From positions 559,159 through 623,158 of the forward strand of contig CP179887.1 in assembly GCA_047456295.1 (NCBI GenBank): DNA of 64,000 bases. The letters are read 5' to 3'. Source of the DNA: Candidatus Nealsonbacteria bacterium (GTDB taxonomy: Bacteria; Patescibacteriota; Minisyncoccia; Minisyncoccales; JANBVM01). The notes below the pieces were generated by a model, which saw nothing but the letters and a program-made list of their open reading frames with translations, was not told where the DNA came from and searched no databases. The number at the start of each line of letters is the position of its first letter. Position 1 is the stretch's first letter. The position numbers and the translations under genes were made by a program. Shown here piece after piece: positions 9,872-17,663 of this stretch.

Positions 9872-10735
9872 ATGCTAAGAATATTTAATATCTCAGAATT
9901 TGGAGATTACTCTTTTAATGCGGTAGAGTTTATCAGTTTAAAGTATAATCTTAGAAAAGTTGTTCAATTGGATTTACGTTCTGAACGTAGATTTTTGGAT
10001 TTACAAAAAATAGTTAAAAAATTGGGTTGGGCAGTTGTAAAGTCTAATTTTAAATTTGATTTAGAAGAAAGAAAAAAAGGAAATTTTAAACGTATAGACA
10101 TTAATGATAAAAGAAAGGGAGAGTTCCGTATTTATATTTTTAATCCTAAGAGATTGAGATTTAAAATACCCAATGAACCAAAAGAATTAGCCAGATTAAT
10201 GGGTTATTCCTCTTGTTGTATTGATTCATATATGGAGCGTATGAAGGTAAACAAAGATATATTTGGATGTATGAATATTACCAAAGATTCAAGTTTTTCT
10301 TTCCTGATTAATCCTTTTGTAAGACAAGTATCTAATGCTTACTTAATAAATCACTTCCCTTGCTCTCTTAACTGTAAAAAAAGTTTGAAATTAGCAAAAG
10401 CAATATCGAAAGTAATTCAGTCAAATTATCCATACTTTTATAAAAAAATATATCAATATTGCCATTTTCCTGTTTTAGTGTTCCCTAATTCCAGTGCTAA
10501 TTATGATATGGAAGAAGAAGTTCCTTTTTTGTTGTTAATGGAGAAATCAAAGGAAGAGCAAAGTTATAAAATCTTAAACAACACATTACACGGTGATAAT
10601 AATTTATCTAAGAATTTTAAGAATGCAGATACAATTGTAGTATCCCGGAAAAACATAAAGGTTTTTAGGAATAATATCTTAAAGAGTCAAATTAATAGAA
10701 GCGCCGTAGAATCCTATTTTCTCATTCCTTATTAA
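9872..10735 (+). CDS. hypothetical Cys-motif protein
   Basis: ATG at 9872 is preferred over the TTG at 9830. Motifs GYSSCCIDSY and NHFPCSLNC. I cannot assign a family from memory. Confidence 0.5.
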   Translation: MLRIFNISEFGDYSFNAVEFISLKYNLRKVVQLDLRSERRFLDLQKIVKKLGWAVVKSNFKFDLEERKKGNFKRIDINDKRKGEFRIYIFNPKRLRFKIPNEPKELARLMGYSSCCIDSYMERMKVNKDIFGCMNITKDSSFSFLINPFVRQVSNAYLINHFPCSLNCKKSLKLAKAISKVIQSNYPYFYKKIYQYCHFPVLVFPNSSANYDMEEEVPFLLLMEKSKEEQSYKILNNTLHGDNNLSKNFKNADTIVVSRKNIKVFRNNILKSQINRSAVESYFLIPY

Positions 10736-10740
10736 TACTC

Positions 10741-10770
10741 CTACGAGACCTGTCCTCGTAGAGATTTTGA
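10741..10770 (+). terminator. possible terminator hairpin after the 9872 gene
   Basis: CTACGAG-N7-CTCGTAG (7-bp stem) followed by the T-containing run AGATTTTGATT. Confidence 0.35.
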
Positions 10771-10830
10771 TTCTCGCCATGCTCAAAAATAAAATTATTT
10801 TTTAAACTCAAATACTAATAATATTAGATT

Positions 10831-10858
10831 TTACAATGGTAAGTTTTTATCTTATACT
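10831..10858 (+). promoter_or_regulatory. candidate promoter for the hxsD-hxsD-hxsB unit
   Basis: TTACAA, a 16-nt spacer, TATACT. Lies 45 nt upstream of the 10904 ATG. Confidence 0.25.
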
Positions 10859-10903
10859 GGATAGTAATGAACAAACCCAAGAAAAATTTATATTAATAAA
10901 AAA

Positions 10904-11383
10904 ATGCCAAAACTAAACATTAATAAATCAGAAAACAAAATAGTTATTTCTGTAAACCCTAAGCTTTACCCATTAGAGTCTGTCTACGGGGCAGCTTATG
11001 TTTTTTTAGATAGAGCCTACGTTTTTCTAGATGGTGATTCTAAAAAAGAAATCTACGTTCATCTAAAAGGAAAGAAGAAACTTACAGATGGAGACATAGA
11101 GAATTTGGCAGATGAGTTTCTTAATGAATTGTTGAATTACAGCTTGCGGTATCAGATTTCCAAGGATAACCGTCAGATTAGAGAATATATAGTGGGAGCT
11201 GCCCTAATAGGTGCCTCAGGAGAGAACATCGACAAATCAATGGAATCAGATGAAAAGGATTGGAAAAAGGATCCTTTGGGAATTGCAGTTCCCTGGGAAG
11301 AAAAGTACGCAAAAAGAGATGGTACAAAAAAGAAAGAACCTCCTTTAAAAAGAGCAGTTGGACAAAAGGATGGTAAAAAATAG
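10904..11383 (+). CDS. hxsD: HxsD-like protein (His-Xaa-Ser system), long form with a Lys/Glu-rich tail
   Basis: ADEFLNELLNYSLRY resembles the LLNDYxLRE signature I recall for TIGR03976. Located upstream of HxsB-like and HxsA-like genes. Confidence 0.55.
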   Translation: MPKLNINKSENKIVISVNPKLYPLESVYGAAYVFLDRAYVFLDGDSKKEIYVHLKGKKKLTDGDIENLADEFLNELLNYSLRYQISKDNRQIREYIVGAALIGASGENIDKSMESDEKDWKKDPLGIAVPWEEKYAKRDGTKKKEPPLKRAVGQKDGKK

Positions 11384-11389
11384 AGCATT

Positions 11390-11596
11390 ATGACTATTGT
11401 TTTTAATAAACAATTTTATCATCTGCAGGCTATAAAAAAAGCAATTGAGGCTTATAAAGAATTGGCTGTCTTTAACGTCAAAGAAAAAGATAATAATATT
11501 GAGATTGACATAGATGGGGTGGATAAAGATGTTAAAGACGTTATTAAAGACGAATTTTGCAACTATGTATTGGCAGAAACCAAAAAGTTTACATAG
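11390..11596 (+). CDS. second, short HxsD-like protein
   Basis: 68 aa ending in KDEFCNYVLAETKK, a degenerate form of the same motif. Alignable by eye with the N-terminal half of the 10904 product. Confidence 0.45.
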   Translation: MTIVFNKQFYHLQAIKKAIEAYKELAVFNVKEKDNNIEIDIDGVDKDVKDVIKDEFCNYVLAETKKFT

Positions 11597-11620
11597 TAGC
11601 TTTGTATATTTTTTATCATT

Positions 11621-13081
11621 ATGTTGTCAGATTCAAATAAGATTAAATTAAACAGGGAAAAGGTAGGTTTTTGCCGTTTTAAGAAACTAGATGATAAATA
11701 TCTATTAACCAATGATGTGGGATATTATTATTTTTTAGAACCTGATAAATTTAAAGATTTTATGGAGGGAAAACTAAAAAGAGAAAGTGATATTTATCAA
11801 GAATTGAAAGAGAAAGGGTTTATCAAGGATGATTTTAACATAGATGAAATGGTCAAGACATGTAGCTCCTGTAATATTTCCTCAATTGGTGGCCCTTCCC
11901 TTCATATCATAGTTGTTACCTTGAGGTGTAATTTTAAGTGCATCTATTGTCAGGCAAGTCGTCGTTCAATAGAAGAGAAGCAATATGACATGGATGTAAA
12001 AACAGCAAAAAGGGTTGTTGATACAATATTTGAAAGCCCGAGCAATGTTATTACAATAGAGTTTCAGGGTGGAGAACCATTGGTCAACTGGCCGGTGGTT
12101 AAATTCATTGCTGAATACGCAAGAGAAAAAAACAAAACGGAAAAAAAGAAACTTTTAATTTCTCTGGTTTCTAATTTCAGCTTGATGACAGAGGAAAAAT
12201 ACAAATTCTTAACTGAAAAAGAGGTCAGTCTCTGTACTTCTCTGGATGGCCCTGAAGAGCTTCAGAATAGAAATCGGCCTTTGCTCAATGGAAATGGTTA
12301 TCGGCTTACTACCTCGTGGATTAATAAAATAAAAAAAGATGAGCAGGATAAAGCAAAAAAAGGTCATACCTGTTATTATTTATCTGCCCTCGCTACCATA
12401 TCCAGGTTTTCTCTTAAATATCCAAAAGAGATTATAGACGAATATGTTAAATGGGGATTCAGGGGCATACATTTACGACCCTTAAGCTTTTTAGGTTTTT
12501 CTGGCGGCCCAGCTAAGGAAAAGATTGGTTATTCACCTGAAGAATTTATGGAATTTTGGCGGGAAGCAATGGACTACATTATAGAGATTAATGTCAGAGG
12601 GAAACTATTCTACGAACGGGGGGTGAGGATAATGCTCACAAAGATTTTAACAGACAGGGATCCTGGTTTCCTTGATTTACGTTCACCTTGTGGAGCGGCA
12701 ATTGGTCAGTTGGTCTATAACCATGATGGTAAGGTTTATACCTGTGATGAAGGGAGAATGGTGAAAGATGATACTTTTATGCTCGGAGATGTAAATAAAG
12801 ATAGTTATAAAAAGATAATCTCTAATCCAAAAGTCAAGACAATGGTTACAGCTTCAATATTAGATAATCTATCATGCGATTACTGTGTTTATAAACCTTA
12901 TTGTGGTGTATGCCCGGTTCTGGCTTACGCTCTTTACGGGAATCTTTTTCCCCAGGTAATAAATACTGACCGTTGTAAGGTGCATAAAGAAATGTTTGAC
13001 TATGTTTTTAGAAAATTGCAAAATGAAAGAACAGGTAAGACTTTTAATCAATGGGTAACATTGCCGAGGACAAAAGCTTGA
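11621..13081 (+). CDS. hxsB: radical SAM/SPASM enzyme, HxsB-like
   Basis: CNFKCIYC (CX3CX2C), FQGGEP, SPASM motifs CGAAIGQLVYNHDGKVYTCDE and CDYCVYKPYCGVCP, and an N-terminal extension of about 95 aa. The 486-aa size and the context fit HxsB (TIGR03978). Confidence 0.7.
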   Translation: MLSDSNKIKLNREKVGFCRFKKLDDKYLLTNDVGYYYFLEPDKFKDFMEGKLKRESDIYQELKEKGFIKDDFNIDEMVKTCSSCNISSIGGPSLHIIVVTLRCNFKCIYCQASRRSIEEKQYDMDVKTAKRVVDTIFESPSNVITIEFQGGEPLVNWPVVKFIAEYAREKNKTEKKKLLISLVSNFSLMTEEKYKFLTEKEVSLCTSLDGPEELQNRNRPLLNGNGYRLTTSWINKIKKDEQDKAKKGHTCYYLSALATISRFSLKYPKEIIDEYVKWGFRGIHLRPLSFLGFSGGPAKEKIGYSPEEFMEFWREAMDYIIEINVRGKLFYERGVRIMLTKILTDRDPGFLDLRSPCGAAIGQLVYNHDGKVYTCDEGRMVKDDTFMLGDVNKDSYKKIISNPKVKTMVTASILDNLSCDYCVYKPYCGVCPVLAYALYGNLFPQVINTDRCKVHKEMFDYVFRKLQNERTGKTFNQWVTLPRTKA

Positions 13082-13142
13082 GAGATGAATGGTGGAACCA
13101 AGAATAGCCCGGGATGAAGAAATGCTATTTTATTGAAATCTA

Positions 13143-13151
13143 TGGTATAAT
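13143..13151 (+). promoter_or_regulatory. extended -10 element (TGGTATAAT) upstream of the HxsA-like gene
   Basis: TGn-TATAAT lies 31 nt upstream of the ATG at 13182. Confidence 0.35.
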
Positions 13152-13181
13152 AATATAATAATATTAAAATCATATAAAAAT

Positions 13182-14675
13182 ATGTTAATAAGAAAACTAC
13201 CATCTATAAAAAAGAATATTGAAGCATTTCTCACAAGCGAGGAAGGAAAGATAAGCAAAAAGAGTGCTTTGGAATTAGGTATGGGGGTGGCTATGTTAGG
13301 GACGATGCTGACCCAAACAGCTTCAGCCGTCCACAAGAGCTTTTCTCAAGCTGGCTCTCCCTCCTCTCATGCCAGTCATCTCTCGAAAGGATCAGGTGGT
13401 ATGGCTGCTGTGCATTCGTCTGGTGGACACACTTCCCATATTTCCCATGTTTCTCATAGCTCTCATAGTTCTCATACCTCTCACAGCTCCCACAGTTCCC
13501 ACGGGTCCCACGGCTCCCACAGCTCCCACGGCTCCCACGGTTCCCACAGTTCCCACAGCTCCCACGGCTCCCACGGTTCCCACAGTTCCCACGGTTCCCA
13601 CGGTTCCCACGTTTCCCACAGCAGTTGCAGTTGCGTCGCCTGCTGTCCCTTTGTTTCAGTCTGGAACGGCAGAAGGTTTGTTATTGATAACAATATCTTA
13701 CCTGAATCTGAAAATATATTGAGGAAAGAGACTATTATTGAAGAATTATACAAATTAGAAGTAATACCCAAAATTAAGAACAAAAAGTATCTTCTTAGGG
13801 TAATGGAGTTTGAGAGAGAACACTCTTATTTCCACAATTTTGAATTCATTAAAATTATTCATCCAAAAGAATCAAGCATTGGCATTATCAATAATAAAAT
13901 AGTTGCTTTCAAAAATCTTGTCCTGCCCTCTTCAATTAAAGATAAAAAAGGCAAAGATTGGACAAAGAAACTGTCTGCTTTAAACGATAAAGCATTCTTT
14001 AAAGGCGAGAAAGGCGAGATATTAAATATCAGATTTGATAACATTAAAGACTTAAGAAACTGTCACCTGATTTTTAGAGCCAGCCTTAGAGGAGATTATC
14101 CCAGAATTAAAGAAGTAGAACAGAAACTGGAAAGGATTGTTTCTGGAAACAGATTAATTGATTCCTTGAAAAAGATAGGAGTAGCTTCTATAGCAGTGGC
14201 AAATATTGTTAAAGAAGCAAAGGACGCTAAAGGTGCTTTGGCGAAAGTTGTGCCAAGCATCCATCTATCTGTTATATATACTGATAAAAATAAAGAAAAG
14301 CCAGTTGAGATTGTCCATCCTAGAGAGAAGCTCTCTTTGGGTCTGGTTGATATTTCCCAATATGTTAAAAAAAGTCAGAAATCTTTATTTTTGAGAGCGA
14401 AGTGGACCAGACCTCACAACGTTAGTTTTGTTGGTCTGACAGACACAGAGGGCTTATCTGAAGTTTCTAATATCAGCCAGGAATCTATTAAATTATCCTG
14501 TCTTAAACATTCAGAGAACAAAAATATTGACAAAACTTATTTAAAGAAGGGAAAGGTAGAACTGATTCCCGGGCAATACATCAAGTTGGAGTTCCCTGCC
14601 AAAAAGGAGAAAGCTGAATCTAATCAGAGAACATCCTTTGTCCTGAAGTCTAAGGGATACTATACTCCTTTTTAA
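13182..14675 (+). CDS. hxsA: His-Xaa-Ser repeat protein, HxsA-like
   Basis: 22 uninterrupted H-x-S units (residues 83-148) are followed by CSCVACC and a C-terminal domain of about 340 aa. The N-terminus has a basic stretch, then a hydrophobic segment ending in ASA. Confidence 0.75.
   Translation: MLIRKLPSIKKNIEAFLTSEEGKISKKSALELGMGVAMLGTMLTQTASAVHKSFSQAGSPSSHASHLSKGSGGMAAVHSSGGHTSHISHVSHSSHSSHTSHSSHSSHGSHGSHSSHGSHGSHSSHSSHGSHGSHSSHGSHGSHVSHSSCSCVACCPFVSVWNGRRFVIDNNILPESENILRKETIIEELYKLEVIPKIKNKKYLLRVMEFEREHSYFHNFEFIKIIHPKESSIGIINNKIVAFKNLVLPSSIKDKKGKDWTKKLSALNDKAFFKGEKGEILNIRFDNIKDLRNCHLIFRASLRGDYPRIKEVEQKLERIVSGNRLIDSLKKIGVASIAVANIVKEAKDAKGALAKVVPSIHLSVIYTDKNKEKPVEIVHPREKLSLGLVDISQYVKKSQKSLFLRAKWTRPHNVSFVGLTDTEGLSEVSNISQESIKLSCLKHSENKNIDKTYLKKGKVELIPGQYIKLEFPAKKEKAESNQRTSFVLKSKGYYTPF
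13428..13625 (+). repeat. in-frame 9-nt tandem repeat (22 units) encoding the H-x-S units
   Basis: Units 1-6 use CAT/TCT codons. Units 7-21 are CAC-NNN-TCC and differ only in the middle codon. Units 7-13 and 14-20 form a 63-nt higher-order duplication. Confidence 0.95.
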
Positions 14676-14780
14676 TAAACTTGGCTATGTTAAGGGCAGA
14701 AAGTGATACTTTTCTTTTGCGGTATTAATAAAGGATAAGTATAATAAATATAAGCTATTTTATATAGCTATTTTTTATAA

Positions 14781-15764
14781 ATGGCACAGATTAACCTTAC
14801 ATATTCTTGCAATAGAAACTGTAGCTATTGTTATGCTAAAGGGTTTTTAAAGAGATGGCCTAGGGAGATTACCCTGGAGGGGTTGGAATATATTTTTAAG
14901 TGGACTACTAAACAAGGAAAAAGAGACGTAGCTTTCACGGGAGGGGAACCTACTTTATTTAGCAAAATTAATGATGCCCTAAAACTGGCGGAGAGTTATG
15001 GCTTGAAGGTAATCGTACCTACTAATGGGACCTCTGATTTAAAAGGGATTAATATTAATTCTCCGGCTATAAATGTTTTTTTGATTAATTTCAATCCGCC
15101 TTCAGAATATTCCAACCGAGAATTAGAGGTTTTGTACTCAAACTTGAAAACCTTAAGGAGAATTAAGAAGGTAATCTTTAGATTTAACATCACTTCTCCC
15201 GATATTTCTTATGACTATCTTATTGATGCCTGTGAGAGATTAGATATCCGCCGGGTAAATTTTGCATTGGTTTTACCCTCATCCCTCAATCAAAACGAAT
15301 ATATTAAAAAGGAAAAACTGAAGGATTTCACTCAATATATTTTAAAGTTAGCGAAGAGCCTGGTAGAACATGATATCCGAGGCTGTTTTGCTCAACCGTT
15401 TCCTCGGTGTCTTTTTTCCGAAAAAGAGAGAGCATTCTTGATTAAAAATAGCGATTTTCACAGCATTTGTTGGATGGGAGAACGTTGCATAGTAACTCCT
15501 GATTTGACAATATTACCCTGTCCTCTTTTAGGTGTGGAGGGCCATTCCTTGAAGAAATTTAAGAACCAAAAAGAGATAACAAATTATTATAAAGATGTTG
15601 TTAATAGACTAAAATGGGAGATAGATTTATTTCCAGAGTGTAAAGACTGCGCTTTTAAAAGAAATAAACAATGTCAGGGTGGTTGCCTGATTTATAAATT
15701 CCTCCAGGCAAAGTACTCTGGAAAGTTAACAGACAAAGATTTAAGACCGCCAAGCATAGATTAA
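14781..15764 (+). CDS. radical SAM/SPASM enzyme (HxsC candidate)
   Basis: CNRNCSYC, FTGGEP, CWMGERCIVTPDLTILPC and CKDCAFKRNKQCQGGC. Located immediately downstream of the HxsA-like gene. Confidence 0.65.
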   Translation: MAQINLTYSCNRNCSYCYAKGFLKRWPREITLEGLEYIFKWTTKQGKRDVAFTGGEPTLFSKINDALKLAESYGLKVIVPTNGTSDLKGININSPAINVFLINFNPPSEYSNRELEVLYSNLKTLRRIKKVIFRFNITSPDISYDYLIDACERLDIRRVNFALVLPSSLNQNEYIKKEKLKDFTQYILKLAKSLVEHDIRGCFAQPFPRCLFSEKERAFLIKNSDFHSICWMGERCIVTPDLTILPCPLLGVEGHSLKKFKNQKEITNYYKDVVNRLKWEIDLFPECKDCAFKRNKQCQGGCLIYKFLQAKYSGKLTDKDLRPPSID

Positions 15765-15909
15765 TTTCAAACTTGCCGAGTTTTATTAAATATGTTATTC
15801 TTAATTATGAGCAAAGCGAGAAATCAAGGTTCTTGCTGAAAGCAAGGTTCTTACTAAAGAGATTTATATTTTTCTAAAGGTCAAAAAAATATTCAGTCAA
15901 TAAAAAAGT

Positions 15910-16506
15910 ATGAATAAAAAATTAATATTTTTAATAGGCGCTGTCTTTGTAATAGGGATAACCTTTTTCTTCTTTCTTAGGTATTCCAAAGAAATTGAGA
16001 TACCACGATTCACGGGCGACGAAAGAATTGATAAGATATTTTTTGATAGCACTCAATATCTTACAGAATTATATGGTCCCTTGGAATTAAATGAAGACTC
16101 TTTGATTAATTTAGTTCATATTGTAAAAGAAGATTATGATTATGAAATTTCTTGCCGGCTCGGTCCTGCTTATGAGGTCGCAAATTTAAATAAATACTTC
16201 CCTGAAGAACTGGTTTCTATGGGTCAAATAAGAAACTGTGATGTTGAAACCGCCAGAGCAATAGACGAGGCAGTGCACTCTTCTGAGATGGATTGTAGAG
16301 TTTTTTTAGATCGTTACGATATTCCCCCTCTTACTGATTATTATTTACTTACTTTAGCTGTGGGAGAGAGGGAAATAACCCCAGAATGGATTGCTTTTAA
16401 TCAAGAAATAAAGTGTTTAGAGCCTTTCAAAGATTTTGTAGGAGAAACGGTGGGCAAATTTATAACAATGATAATAGATATAAATGAAAACGTTATTTAT
16501 TACTAA
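15910..16506 (+). CDS. hypothetical N-terminally membrane-anchored protein
   Basis: One N-terminal TM helix (LIFLIGAVFVIGITFFFFL). No recognisable motif. Confidence 0.5.
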   Translation: MNKKLIFLIGAVFVIGITFFFFLRYSKEIEIPRFTGDERIDKIFFDSTQYLTELYGPLELNEDSLINLVHIVKEDYDYEISCRLGPAYEVANLNKYFPEELVSMGQIRNCDVETARAIDEAVHSSEMDCRVFLDRYDIPPLTDYYLLTLAVGEREITPEWIAFNQEIKCLEPFKDFVGETVGKFITMIIDINENVIYY

Positions 16507-16660
16507 AAGTGTATTTATAGAAAATATTCTTTTTGCCACAAAATTTTTGGGAAATAGGTTGTTTTAAACTAATTTTTAGGAATTCTAGAGATGAGTCTTT
16601 AATTTTTAGAGAGATCTTTTATTAAAATAATTTAATTACCCAAGATTTAAAAGTAAATAG

Positions 16661-16689
16661 TTTAAAGGAGGCTTGTTGCCTCCTTTAAA
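16661..16689 (+). other. perfect 12-bp hairpin TTTAAAGGAGGC-N5-GCCTCCTTTAAA
   Basis: Perfect inverted repeat read directly from the sequence. It ends 45 nt before the ATG at 16734 and no U-tract follows. Confidence 0.6.
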
Positions 16690-16733
16690 AATGTTAAGAT
16701 AAAACGTAAAATAAATAAGATATTTATCTTTAA

Positions 16734-17639
16734 ATGGCAATGAAACGAATTGATTTAAAAATAGGTTTCCAATGTAATAATCGCTGTAGATTTTGTGTTC
16801 AAGGAAATAAAAGAGAGACAGCTTCTAATAAATCTAATAAAGAGGTAAAGGCAATTTTAAAAAAAGAAGTAAAAAACCATCAAGGGGTTGTTTTTACAGG
16901 AGGAGAGCCTACTGTTAGAAAAGAACTTATAAGATGGGTAGAGTATTCTAAAGAATTAGGTTATAAAACAATTCAAATCCAAACTAATGGAAGAATGTTT
17001 TCTTATAAGAGTTTTTGTGAAAAAATGATTAAAGCTGGTGCTAATGAATTTTCACCAGCTCTTCACGGTTCCACGGCTGAAATCCAGGATTATTTAACCC
17101 GGGTTTCAGGAAGTTTTAACCAAACCACTATGGGAATTAAAAACCTGAAATCCTTGGGACAATATGTTTTAACCAACTCAGTAATTACTAAACCAAATTA
17201 TAAGGATTTGCCAAATTTAGCTGAATTGTTGGTAGGTTTAAGGGTTAACCAATTCCAGTTTGCTTTTATGCATATTAGCCAGATTATTGCTCACAATCCT
17301 GAATTAATTAAAGAGATTGTACCAAGACACTCAGAGGTAGAACCCTATGTTAAAAAAGGATTAGAAATTGGAATTAAAGCAGGAATTGAAGTAATGACAG
17401 AAGCCATTCCTTATTGTTTTATGAAAGGATACGAGCAGTATATAGCTGAAAAAAAGATTCCTGACACCAGTGTTTTTGATAATGATATAGAATTAGATGA
17501 TTACGGTTATTATCGTAAAACACAAGGAAAAGCTAAAGGAGTTAATTGTTCCTCCTGTAAATATAATAATATCTGTGAAGGACCCTGGAAGGAATATCCG
17601 GAAATTTTCGGTTGGGATGAATTTAAGCCAATTAAATAA
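16734..17639 (+). CDS. compact radical SAM enzyme, island paralog 1
   Basis: CNNRCRFC, FTGGEP, QTNGRMFSY, HG...GSFNQT, and a C-terminal IPYC plus CSSCKYNNICEGPWKEY...FGWDEFKPIK. Confidence 0.8.
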   Translation: MAMKRIDLKIGFQCNNRCRFCVQGNKRETASNKSNKEVKAILKKEVKNHQGVVFTGGEPTVRKELIRWVEYSKELGYKTIQIQTNGRMFSYKSFCEKMIKAGANEFSPALHGSTAEIQDYLTRVSGSFNQTTMGIKNLKSLGQYVLTNSVITKPNYKDLPNLAELLVGLRVNQFQFAFMHISQIIAHNPELIKEIVPRHSEVEPYVKKGLEIGIKAGIEVMTEAIPYCFMKGYEQYIAEKKIPDTSVFDNDIELDDYGYYRKTQGKAKGVNCSSCKYNNICEGPWKEYPEIFGWDEFKPIK

Positions 17640-17663
17640 TTTATAAATAATAATCTATAGGTT

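Noticed and set aside
10836-10916. 26-aa ORF (MVSFYLILDSNEQTQEKFILIKKCQN) upstream of hxsD, considered as a hidden precursor peptide
   Set aside because: It overlaps the candidate promoter and the hxsD start. It has no similarity to the other island substrates and no conservation evidence is available.
13428-13625. Possible CRISPR-like array because of the regular short repeats
   Set aside because: The units are contiguous 9-mers with no spacers, they are in frame inside a CDS, and no cas genes are present in the window.
13369-13783. Three track ORFs (13369..13722 +, 13392..13619 -, 13481..13783 -) encoding PT/VGT/WEP-type repeats
   Set aside because: They are alternative-frame and antisense readings of the 9-nt H-x-S tandem repeat. 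Only the 13182 frame continues into a long non-repetitive protein with a plausible start and promoter.
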